Assembly (NCBI RefSeq): GCF_009834535.1
Contig: NC_045697.1
Coordinates: 100,070,001 to 100,134,000, forward strand
Length of the DNA stretch: 64,000 nucleotides
Origin: Camelus ferus
Taxonomy: Eukaryota
Reading direction: 5' to 3'
A program made the position numbers and the translations under genes. The notes under the pieces are model-generated. The model saw nothing but the letters and a program-made list of their open reading frames with translations. It was not told the origin of the DNA and ran no database searches. This document shows, piece by piece, positions 1 through 11,244 of the stretch (its first letter is position 1; each line of letters starts with the position of its first letter).

Positions 1-110
1 TACAACCATTTCAGATTACTAATGTGAAAGCAGGACGTAAATATATTATATGTACATGTACAAAACATGTCAGTATTTCACACCATTTACATTCATAAGA
101 AAGAAGTCTG

Positions 111-116
111 TTTATT
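111..116 (-). terminator. Candidate distal polyadenylation signal AATAAA
   Basis: Plus-strand tttatt, with an upstream UGUA (ttttgtaacg) and U-rich sequence downstream on the minus strand. Confidence 0.45.
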
Positions 117-3100
117 GATCTTCTTTTGCAATTTGACAAGAAAAACGGTCGAGATACGTTACAAAACAATTAGAGCACACAATTCCAGCCAGAGGCATCA
201 TCTTTTGCAAACAGAGCAAACACCATTTTCCCAACGTTTTGCAGAAGAAAGGGGCTGCTGACAGTGAGATCTTCCATGGGGTCCTCCTCCAACTTTTTAG
301 GGTTTGTGACATCCCTTCCTCTTTTTGACAAACGTGGACCAAATTCTCAACTACTGAGGAAAGTGGATGATGAAAGGCAAATAAATAACCACTCGCTGAG
401 GAAATGGGGACCCTGGTCAAATTAGCTGGCTGAAAGAATAATGGCGATAATTCCAGCAGAGGGCACCCTGCCCCCTTGCAATAACATCCAGCTGAACACC
501 AGGTACCACCAGACGCCAACACAAACACAGACTGAAAAGTCCCTCTGTTGGGAGTCTTTCTTCCACGACTCTACTAGCTAGTTCAACAGGCAATAGTTTG
601 GTATTTTCTTCAAATGAGTGGGATATGCTATAATTAACTAGCTCTTATACATGAAAATTCTTTGGCTATTTAAAAATCTTCACATTCTCAAAGAGAACAA
701 TATTCTGAGTTTGATAAAGCGCTAGGTTTGTCTGAAACTTTTGAGGGCAAAGGGGACTAAACACTAGACTTTCAAGATGGTATGGTACTAAGGCCATGGT
801 GCTTTTTTTAAAAATTAAATTTCTGGATTTAATAAGGTCAGTCACCAGCCTGCAAGAGAAAACCCCTAAGGATGCACAGTTTGATTGGACCAAGCAAACC
901 ACCTTCACTTATTCTGATGAGAACATTGGGAGGAAATTAAACTAGTCGCTGGAAGAAACATGTGTCCATTTGGATGGTGATCAGTCTTTGGTTTATATAG
1001 TACACATGGTCCCCACATTTTCCGTGGTCCTCCGAGCCCTTCACTTCAGGAAGGATGACAAGAGCACAGCCATTCTACCAAGCAATGACTTTAAATAATT
1101 CAGGGTGAGCTCCCTTCACGGATTTTCCTCCTCCCTCTCTTCAGACATACAGAACCTCTTCAGAGATGTATATTCTTGCCTTATCATTATCCTCAACAAA
1201 TATCAGGTGGCCAGAGAGAGAATGGCTTTGAATTAAGTGCAAACATCAACAGGTGCACAAGGATGAGGTCTTGCATCACGGAGATTCCTGAAGAAGCCAC
1301 CTGATTATGAAGCACTCAAGGCAGGCAGAGTTCAGAGGGCAGTAAAGAGGTGTGAATGACCTCAGTGGGTCCTTAGTAGAATGAACAGGTTTGGAAATTA
1401 AAGGGCTAGATAATTTAGGGTCTCCATCCAGGATGTGGAATCATGTCTTGAGTTTTGGGATGATTAACTGAATGTCATCAAAAAGGCTCAAAGTGGAACA
1501 ATGTAGCTACAGCTTCATGGGTCTTCACAAATTCATTATTCCTGTTACAATGGGCCTGGACTTGTGAGATGGGGAGGAGAGCAGGGAAAGGGAAGACGTA
1601 AGCGATGAGGAACTCCTACTTGCTTCTCAGAATTAATTTATTTTTCAGGTAATCCCAACTGCCTTTGCAACAGGAATGTTTAACTCATGAGCATTAAACT
1701 CCTTAAAACATACACATCCAAAAAAAAAAAAAAAAAACAAAAAAACCAAACCCAAAAAACAAGAACAGGCCAGCTTTGAAACTAGGGGTGAGCATCCAGG
1801 TTCATATCCTGCCATCCTCTTTTCTGACTTCCTGCAGTATCCTCATCACCTTTTAACAGCCATCATCAAATGTACTTTTCAGTCCCAGCCACATGAGTAG
1901 CATGGATGAGGGACTTCTGTGACACGGGACGCTGCACAAAGAGTTGTTGTCTCTCACTTTAAAGAAATACTTTCTTTTTGCCTCTTTTTATGTCTTAAGG
2001 AAGAAGTGGCCTCTCAGATCACTTCCGAAGAGCAAGCTCTTGCGCTAAGATGTTAGGAAGCAGGGGTGGACATCGGATCCAGTTCAGCCCACACGTTTTC
2101 CCAAGAAATCCTAATCCCGGGGCCGCTGGTGAACTAAGGGGGTCACAGCCGCTGGAGGTGGAAGATAATGGATTAGACAGCACTCTGCAATCCCTACCTT
2201 GCCATTGTTGGTGTAGGAGACTTTTCTGACAAGGAAGCCTTAGGGAAAAAAAAAGAGGCAATAGCTAGAGGCGGTCTGTAATAAAATTAGTGACATGAGA
2301 AGTGAAAAGGAGGCTGACTCCATTTCAGGGGAAGTTCATTTATAGCAAACTGACTCTCCTCCTCAGAAGTGCAGCTACAGACACTGCCACACAACACAAA
2401 GAGGAACACCGACAACAGTAACACCGGAAAACAATGGCAATCACAACCACGGTGACTCCACAGACCCAGGGCCACTAAGGGTTGTTTTTTTTCTGTCCTG
2501 AAAGATGGGAAAAGAATTTGTGTGTGTGTGTGTGTGCAAAGAAAGAGACGGGCAGTCAGGGAGAGCCCGAGATAGAGAGAGACACACCCTGACAAAAAAG
2601 GGAAAGAAATCAAAATGAGAGCATGTAAAAAAATGCTGCCAGAAACGGTCTCAGCGGCTCTACCTTACCACAGAGGGCTGGGTCCTCCCTCCACAGCGGG
2701 AGTGACTCTCTATCCCCAGGTTTTCAGAAGGAGTTTTGATTTAATGAGATTTCTTTGTTTTCAGTCAAGGTGATGCATTCAACGGACAACGAAATGCCAA
2801 TTTTTTTCTCCTCCTCTGTAAGAATTTTCATCTGAATATGATGAACACGATGGGGACTAAAAGAGTCCCATGTGAGGCTCTCTGTCGTCATTTTTGGTTC
2901 TGAATGTGTGGCAGCTGCAGGGACGTCAAGCACTGACTGAAGGTACCACTGGGTACTTGCGTGACCAAATCCAGACGCATGAACATCCAGGATGTTTCCA
3001 TCAGAATGAGGGAAGTGCTCAAAGCAAAACAAACAAACAAAAAAGCCTCTTTGGACAGAGATCTGCCTCCATGGTCACGATCATGACTATGTGATGTCAG

Positions 3101-3555
3101 AAAAGGCAGATGCCTTTGCTCCTTTTAATTTTCCACCTTCTCCAAACTCTCCATCTCTCCCTGCCTAGATGACAGGAGCTGACATTCTAGGGGTGGCAGG
3201 TCTCCAAACCCTGGAGACGAGATCAATATTTAGATGCTTTATTCATGATCAGGGCTCAGTTCTTCCCAAAGGGACCAGCCACACAGGAGATAGTGATTCC
3301 CAGAGGTGACTAAATTATTGTGGAGGAAATGGAAATGCTCCTTCTCTTGACCACAGCCTGGGGGTGACAGCAAGATGCCCCGTTCCCAACTGAGAGCTGG
3401 CGTCTGAGTTGCAGGCGGTCACAATTCACCAACTAGAGGCCCGACAGTCACAAGCCTCAAAGGTTTCTCAGTAAGTCTGCACAAAGTCTTGTATTTGGAG
3501 TGGAGATGTACCTTCCCGCTTTTCCCTCCCAAATCCGGGCATTTTAGCTACAGGT

Positions 3556-3574
3556 GTGGCGCTAGGGGGCACTG
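3556..3574 (+). promoter_or_regulatory. Candidate CTCF site
   Basis: GTGGCGCTAGGGGGCACTG fits the CTCF core (CC[AGT][CG][CT]AG[AG][GT]GGC[AG]C) with one deviation. Confidence 0.55.
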
Positions 3575-3999
3575 GGACTGGGAGACCTTCTGCCAATCAG
3601 GAAGAAGGCCGACGGGGAGCGGGGGTCAAGTTGGATCACTAGAGTCTGGAATTCTCTTTGGCTTCTGAGTGCCACACATCAGCCTAACGGTTTGTCAGAG
3701 AAGGGAGGGATATAATTTTGTCTCAGTACCAAATCAATATGGCATGTGTGTTTTTTAAAAAAAAACAACCAGTCAAGGAAGCAACAGTAAATGGTCATGG
3801 TCTTGCAGTTAGAAAGTTCAAGCAAAAAATTTGAAAAAGGGTGGCCGGAGTGCTTATTCATTATCAAAGAAATGGACCTGGGGGCCTCTCATTAGGCCAC
3901 TGGGGTGGAGTCCAGTTGTCTCTGGAGGTAATTCAGTTTTAACCTTTTTTCCCTGTAAGTGTCAGGGAACCTTGCGAGAATCCTGGAGCGGCTCCAGCC

Positions 4000-4292
4000 C
4001 CACGCTGTCCAGTAGGGAGCCATGAGCCACACGTAGCTATGAACTGTTGGAGAAATTGCAAGTCCAAACAGAGATGTGTGTGAGTGTAAGACACCTGTTG
4101 CATCTAGATGACGTAGCACAAAAAAAGAATGTCAAGTAATTCATTACATGTGGAAACAATAATAATATTGGGTTAAATACATGTATTATTAAAATTGCTT
4201 TTACCTGTTTCAGCTCGCTTTTTGCAGTGTGGCCAGCAGAAAGTTTAAACTTGGATGTGTGACTTGCACTCTATTTCTATTGGACTGGGCTG
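4000..4292 (-). mobile_element. MER33-like hAT-Charlie MITE inside the 3' UTR
   Basis: Ends cacgctgtccagtag... and ...tttctattggactgggctg. The internal segments gggttaaata and attattaaaattgcttttacctgtttc match the reverse complement of recalled MER33. Confidence 0.75.
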
Positions 4293-6424
4293 GTCTAGAC
4301 ACTACGGGGAAATACACATCAAATCTGCACATTCTTTGAGGGGGTTCCCGCACTGTCTGGGAGCTGCAGGGCCCCAGGGCAGAGTTTCTTCTTTGGGGGA
4401 AGGTGCTGAAGAAGGCTGTGGGGAAAGGGCTGTTTCCTTTTTTTTTTTTTTTGGAACCCTTCCATGCCGATTAACATTTTATTTTTAAACTACCAAAACC
4501 ACAGGAAAACTCTTCAGAAACAAACTTTCGTTAAAGGAGAAGCTTCTAGGCTCAGGGAGTTTGCAGCAGAACCTCCTTGGGGTCAGGCCCACAGGCCTCA
4601 GATCGGCCTCCTGGGTCTCTCATCATCTACGCAGCATCCTACAGGGGCTGCCGCGGCCACAGCACATATGCAGCCAACTCCTGCTTCACCTGGTCCCCGG
4701 CAGGAGGAGCTGACACCCATCAATCCAAAAGGCATTTTCTCTTTGGGCATAGAATACCACATGTCTTTTACTGTTGATTTCTTCTTCTAATTCCACTTGA
4801 CTTAAGTTAATACCAACTTTTGTTTTGGGCAAACCTACTGAAGGCGGGGTAGGTGGTGCAGGCGTTTGCTGACCGAGAAAAAGAAGTATTTTGAGATGAA
4901 GAATTCCACCCTGAGAACTAGGATTTGAAGGTATCCAGAGATGGCAAACTCTGTGACTACGTGGGGTTTTAAGCCAAGGCAAAACCAAACGACTCCTACT
5001 TGGACTTAAAACGCCAGTCATTTGGACAGTCCTTCTCAGCAACACAGGAGTGCCAGATCTCAAAGGCTGTTTGTTTCTGTTACATGTCAAGAAACTCTGC
5101 CTCCCCAAGGTAGAAAGTCTGCTATATGTCATCACCATCAGCACAAAACAGATCCTCCTGGCAACATGCTCATTAGTGGTCCTAAGACCAGAAAGAGCCT
5201 TGGGCATAATCTTGTTAAACTCCCTCGCTTTGCAGATGGAGAAGTCTAGCCCTCCTGACTCCAGATTCGGTGCTGTCTTCCTTCCTCCCTGGCTGTAGAT
5301 CCTGGATTTCATTACAGGAAGTATTGGACTCCTAGCGAGATGTGACATTTCTGAAGGTGATAATCATTTTCCTTGCCTTGCTGCCTACTTAGAAAGCATC
5401 AAATAGGAACTCGTTAAAGCTGGTGGTAAAAGAGCCACCAGTGGGTTCCCGTGATGTACACGGAAATGTTTCTGCAGGCAGCGGGGTTTTTCCAGCAGAA
5501 CCAAACTCTGTTTTTAGATGAGTATGAGTGTAGCGAGGTGGAAGGGCCTCCTCAAATACGTAAATACCTCAGCGAGAGAAGCTTTCTTTCCTAGGGAACC
5601 CACACAGCGGCATGGCTTTTCACAGATGACGAGGTGACCCCTCTGATGGTCCAGAGAAACGAGTCACCCTGCCTTAGTCATCTCTGCATCTGGAGAGTCT
5701 AAATGTATTACAAAATTTCCCACTGAAAAAATAGCACATCTCTGTCATAGTTACAAAAAAAGAATAACAACATAAACAGTTTAAAAACACCTATGGGTTT
5801 TAGAATTCCTTTGATGCCCCCTTTCCTTTCCTTCTGACTTTCTCTCTCTCAATCAGGAGAAACTTGACTTCAACAATTCCTGTGCTGAACTTTTTAGATC
5901 AAATCGTTTATCAAATCACACCTCCCCCTAACTTGGTATCCAGACGCACTCAGGGGTGCCCCTGGAAGCAACCTCCTAAGGATTTACCTAAATCCTTCAA
6001 GGTCTGGTGAGGTTTACCAGAAGTGTGCTGGAATGAAGGGAAGACCTGAGTGCTGCTGCAGCCCCTGCTCTGTTGGATCCAAAGATGACTGGATCTTTTC
6101 TAAAACTTCCATCTCCTGCAGAACCCACTCGTGGAGGTAACAAAAGAAGACTGTAGTAGCCTTGGGGAAACCAGTGCAACAGATCCTTTGCTTTCAGGAA
6201 TAGCGTGTGGTATCTGGTTTTAAAACCGGGTTTGCAGTCCCAGCAACCGACAAGCCCTACAGTCACAAAGAAAGGTGCTAATGCCCTGGAGGGGCCTTGT
6301 GAGTTCAGAATTCAGCCAAAGACTGTAAGGCTCAGATGAATTGAAATGCCCCCTAGAACTGCCTTCTCACGTCACGTGGGTCCCTAACTGAACCTGGCAA
6401 GTGGAAGCCAGCAAGAAGGAGCTG

Positions 6425-6451
6425 AAAAAAAAAAAAAAAAAAAAAAAAAAA
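6425..6451. repeat. A27 homopolymer (U27 in the mRNA)
   Basis: Counted directly. Confidence 0.95.
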
Positions 6452-7128
6452 CGAGGAGTGGCCTCAGCAGATTCAGAGCTTGGTGTTGGGGGTCTCTGGC
6501 AGCTGGGATTTTCAAGATCCATGTGAAAGAATTTAGATTCTAAACGAAAGCTGGCCTTAGACTGTTTCAGGGTGCCGAGGCACTTCCCGAAGCCATGCAC
6601 ACTTCATGCTGAGAGGTCAAGGCCGTTAATCTCAGAGATGGAACACAAATGGGGCTGGTGCTTCCAAACAGAACTCTGTACAAAAGCTGGAGTGAATCAA
6701 AGGGAGAACAAAGGAGTGGACATAAAGTAAACTACACACAGACCTTAAAAAGAAACTACCAAGAAATCAACAACATTCCCCAAATAGGAAAACAAGATCT
6801 GGAAAAAAAAAACTGAAATGAAACTAAGAAGCCCTAAAAGTGTCCCTTCAGTCTGTTTTAGGAACTTCCAAAGTGTGTGTCTACAAGACATGGGAGAGAA
6901 AATCAGCTTTCAGCTTCCAAGGTGCCAAGGCCATGGGCTGTTGAGGAGATGGAGAAACTGCATCCTGATGAACGTGACTTTGGATATTGCTTTTCGGTAC
7001 CTTTCTTGAGTGGAGCGCCCTGGAGTTGTCAAAGTGCTCTGGAGGTGCGTGTGCCTCGTCCAACTTTGGGGCGCTTCTCCCTTCCTTCCCCTGGGGTCCC
7101 ACCATCCCTTTCTTCCAGATCTGCCATT

Positions 7129-7247
7129 TCAAGATTTCACCTCCTCGCAGTCTTGGTCAGTGGAAAGTTCTACATCAGAAAGTCCAACCTCCATCGCCAT
7201 AATCAGTGAGATGTCAGAATCACTGCTTACCGCTGCCTCCTGCTCAC
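7129..7247 (-). CDS. RNF150: RNF150 last coding exon, coding part (119 nt): (S)EQEAAVSSDSDISLIMAMEVGLSDVELSTDQDCEEVKS*
   Basis: Acceptor ttgcttttccccccag|GT completes the phase 1 codon A|GT (Ser). The frame is open to TGA at 7131-7129. The peptide matches the recalled RNF150 C-terminus. It is not listed in the ORF track. Confidence 0.95.
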
Positions 7248-7379
7248 CTGGGGGGAAAAGCAAAGTTCACAGTGAACATAGAGCTGTGTCTTCAGAGGCT
7301 GATGATTTCAATACAATTGCCTTTAATAACATTTCACTGAAGCCCAAGAGAAGGAATTAGGAAAACTGGCTAATTTGAA

Positions 7380-8340
7380 AAAAAAATCTAGTTAGAGCCT
7401 TTTCTCTCTATGCCCCCAAATAAATTCTAAATAAAAAGTTAAATGTAAACAAAATAAACTAATGAAGCTAGAAGAAAATGTATCTTACAAGTATATACCT
7501 AAGTAGGAAACAGTAGCTCTAATATCTCTAAGTAGGGCAGGAATTTCTGTTTGGAAAAACGATTGATCAAGCCACAGAAGAAAAGATTGATAAATGTGTG
7601 TGAAAATTTAGAAACATAAAAAACATGAAAAATAAGCTCAAAGGCATATATCACACCAGGAATATTTGTAAAACAAATTCACAGAGGATTATATTCTTAA
7701 CATATAGAGAGCTTTTAAATAAACGAGAAAAACTGAATCCAACTCTTAGTTAGAAAAATGGGTAAAGGTTACTGTTACACCATTCACAGAAGAGTGTAAC
7801 ATAAATGACCAATAAACATCAGGTAAAAACGAGCAACTCCTTTTTGTTTATGAAATTTTCACTCTTTAAAAAAGAGTGTATTACAGTTCAGGGTATACTG
7901 AGGGAAGTACTGTGATCAACTGTACTCAGATGTGAAATTTTCACCCAGTAACTTCATTTCCAGAATGTTTTGTAGAGAATATAATAAGAGCTTCAAGAAT
8001 ATTCATTTAAGGAATAAAGAACAGCAGCAAAACACTGCAAATAACAAAGCCCAACAATAAAAAAAAATCTCGTAAACTAGGTCACTTCTAAAAGACAGTC
8101 TCCTGGTTATAATCATTAAAGTGATGGTTCCAAAGAGTTTGTAGTTACAGAAGAAAATGTTCACGGTATGCTGTTAAGGGAAAATAGAAGTATTCACAGC
8201 TTTATGTACAGTGAAGTCGACAGAGAAAGTTAGCCAGTAGCAGAAAAGCCAAAAATACTAATAAGAATTGTCTCAAGTTTGGGATTTATAATCACTTTCT
8301 TTTCTTTAAAAAAAAATTCAGTTTTACTCCTAAACATTCT
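7380..8340 (+). mobile_element. Old, degenerate L1 (L1ME-like) ORF2 end / 3' UTR fragments
   Basis: A-rich, with remnants such as ataaattc...aaatgtaaa...ctagaagaaaat and agaaaaatgggtaaagg...cattcacagaaga. Confidence 0.55.
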
Positions 8341-8353
8341 TCAATGAGCTTAT

Positions 8354-9200
8354 ATCATTCATTCACTCAAGACATAAATTTCTTGCATTCTTTTAAATTA
8401 AAATCTAGTCAGTTTACAATGTTGTGTCAATTTCTGGTGTACAGCATAATGTTTCAGTCATGCACATACATACGTATATTCCTTTTCAATTTTCCGTATA
8501 GGTTGTGACAAGATATTGAATATAATTCCCTGTACTATACAGTATAAACTTATTGTTTATCTATTTTATATACAGTAGTTAGTGTCTGCAAATCTCGAAC
8601 CCCCAATGTGTCCCTTCCCACCCTTTTCCCCTCCAGTAACCATAAGTTTGCTCTCTATGTCTGTAAGTCTCTGTTTTGTAAGTAAGTTCATTTGCGTCTC
8701 TTTTTTTCGATTCCGCATGTAAGTGATATCATATGGTATTTTTCTTTCTCTTTCTGGTCAAGACACAACTATCGAGTCCCTGCTATGTGCTAAGGATTGT
8801 GCTAACTGTAGGGATATAGGTGAGAGTGAGAGAATTCCGGTCCCCAAGGAACTTACTATCCAGTGGGCAGGCAGTCCACTGACTTGTCAATTACAACCCA
8901 ACGGGATAAGCACTTTCCTGGAAAATGTACCTGGTATTATAGCAGAAGGTAAGGGGCATACATAACTATTTGCTGAGGCAAAGAAGGCTTCCCAAGGGTG
9001 TGATATTTAAACAAACTCCTATAGGATAACTTAGCCAGACGAATGAGAAGGATGTATCTCTTAAGCACTAGCAATAGCATTACAGATGACTGGAGGTGAT
9101 AGGCAGTCTTGTGCAGATAGACATCAGACTGTATTTAACTATGACTGGGATGCAGAGGCAAGCTAGGGAGTATGAACAGGGGAGGCTGGGGAGCTCAGCT
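8354..9200 (-). mobile_element. L2 3' end, interrupted by the L1 at 8380-8757
   Basis: tcattcattcactcaa...gagtccctgctatgtgctaagg...aaggaacttactatccagtggg is the reverse complement of the L2 tail. Confidence 0.65.
8380..8757 (-). mobile_element. 5'-truncated L1 3' end (cetartiodactyl/camelid type) inserted into an L2
   Basis: Typical L1 3' UTR sequence. Imperfect TSD tcaagacataaat (8367-8379) / tcaagacacaact (8758-8770). Confidence 0.85.
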
Positions 9201-9743
9201 GCTTAAAAGGCAGCTTTAAAACCAGCAGATCTTGTATGTTCCATTACCTTACAGACGAAACACACAATTAAAAGACCAACAAAATATCTAAGGACTAAAG
9301 AATGCTGATAATTATCATACTTTTGCTCTCATAATCACTGAGATAATTTATTTCATGTTGAGATGCAGTTAAGAAAAATATATGAGTTTCATGAAGGACA
9401 GTAAACTCTTCAGATGTTTAAGAGGAGACAAACAGAGAACTAGCAAAGAACTCGAGTCTTAAGAATTCGTTTTAGAGAAATGAGGTGTTTCACAGGGATA
9501 GACCCAACCTAAAGACTGAGATCTGATATGTTTCCTAGACCCACAAGTGTACGAAGTTCATAGTAATGTAGACAGGTCAATGGCTAGAATAAAACATTGG
9601 AAGCAGATCTTGGAAGATAGTCATATTTAGTACTTGAAAATGGTGGATATTCAACAAATATTCCATAAAACCAGTCATTTAGATAAGAGTGTAACTGGAT
9701 CCCTGCCTCACACCTTATACATTCTAGGCTGGCTGAATACCTA

Positions 9744-9801
9744 TATCTGTGTATCTGTATCTGTATCTGTATCTGTATCCGTATCTGTATCTGTATCTGT
9801 A
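9744..9801. repeat. (TATCTG)n hexanucleotide microsatellite
   Basis: Eight tandem units at 9752-9799 (one is TATCCG) plus one offset unit upstream. Confidence 0.95.
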
Positions 9802-10775
9802 CTTATAGTCCATCCTTATTTTGTGTGTGTGCACTTCCTTCCCATTTATCCTCCTCTCCAGAGCCATCATCTGGTACCTTCCATCCCTGAGCCTTGGGGA
9901 ATTTTTGATGCAAACCAGGATGGTTCTCCCCTTCCTCACGGCTGCTGTGCACTTGCTTTCTCAGCAGGGCTGTGGTTTGCTGTAGTCCAGGCTGCACTCA
10001 GCATCACCAAGAAGAAGCTTTCATTCTGGAGTCAGTGAGCAGTGGCCACTGGATTTGGACAGGACACAACATGCCCAGCCAGACAAAAGGGTTTGCTCTG
10101 ATTTTTAGGTCCATTAAGTCATCGACTCTTTATTCCCTTTTTTCCCAGTTGCCCAAATTTTGTTACTGTCTCTTCTTACATTTTACCCATCCATGTTAGT
10201 TCATGCCTCACAAAATCCCTTTGCTATAGTTTATGTGGGGTTTTAGGAGGGACTGAAAGTTATTTCATGTGTTCAACCCACTCTTTTTACTCAGTGCTCT
10301 CCTTAAGCATCACTTTTACAATGAGAAAATTATATACTTAAAGTTATATTTATGAGAAGTGGGAGCCTGTCTTACTCTTTAGGAGATTGTATTCTAGTCT
10401 CAGCTATAAGTAACTACACATGTTACTTGGTATAAGTCACTTTCTCCTCTAGGGCTGAAGTTTAATTGCCCATAAAATGAGAGTTTGGATTAGATATCTT
10501 AGAGTCTTTTTCAGCTGTTATAGTTTATTCATGTATAGGTTGATGCCAACCTAGCACAGTGCCTCCCTCATATAGGGTGTGTTCTCAATAAGTAGTTTAT
10601 CGAATTACCACTGAGAAATGAAGTTGCAAGTCTTTCTTTTTTCATAACATTTCAAATTGTTGTTTTCTATTTAAAAACTTTTTGCTTAATCAAAAAGAAA
10701 GTCTGCTTATTGTATATTTAGTACAAGTATGTACTAAATGGGAGAATTCACTACTTTGAGGTGAAATGAAAGCTA

Positions 10776-11244
10776 AAAGAGCTAAGGATATGGAAGTGTC
10801 CGTCAAAAGATGAATGGATAAAGAAGATATATACATATATAGAATACTACTACAACAGAATACTACTCAGCCATAAAAAAGAAGGAAATTTTGCCTTTTG
10901 CAGCAATGTAGATGGACTTGGAGGGCATTATACTAAAAAAAAAATGTCAGACAGAGAGAGACAAATACTGTACAATATCATTTACATGTAGAATCTAAAA
11001 AATACAACAAACGAGTGAATATAACAAAAAAGAAGCAGACTCACAGATATAGAGAACAAACTAGTGGTTACCAGTAGGGAGGAGGGGGGCAATACAGGGG
11101 TGGGTGAGTGGGAGGTACAAACCATTGGATGTAAGACAGGCTCAAGGATGCATTGTACAGCACAGGGAATATGGACAATATTTTGTAGTAACTGTAAATG
11201 GAATGTAACCTTTAAAACTTGTATATAAAATTAAAAAATTTAAA
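10776..11244 (+). mobile_element. 5'-truncated L1 3' end
   Basis: gatgaatggataaagaag...tactactcagccataaaaaag...caaactagtggttaccag and an A-rich end. Imperfect TSD aaatgaaagcta / aagtgagagcta. Confidence 0.9.

Larger units (their letters stand above)
1..7128 (-). other. RNF150: RNF150 long 3' UTR (about 7 kb; true end near position 90 or beyond the left edge)
   Basis: Follows the stop codon and is much poorer in repeats than the introns. It has U-rich tracts and minus-strand AATAAA at 4478-4483, 3238-3243, 1637-1642 and 111-116, and a UGUA-rich distal end. The extent is inferred. Confidence 0.7.

Noticed and set aside
6367..6380. Overlapping CRE-like and E-box/CLEAR-like motif TCACGTCACGTG
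   Set aside because: A single short motif in the 3' UTR without promoter context; not supportable alone.
7010..7360. 116-aa plus-strand ORF
   Set aside because: It is the antisense shadow of the RNF150 last coding exon.
9634..10038. ORFs with SVSVSV or YRYRYR repeats
   Set aside because: Translations of the (TATCTG)n microsatellite.
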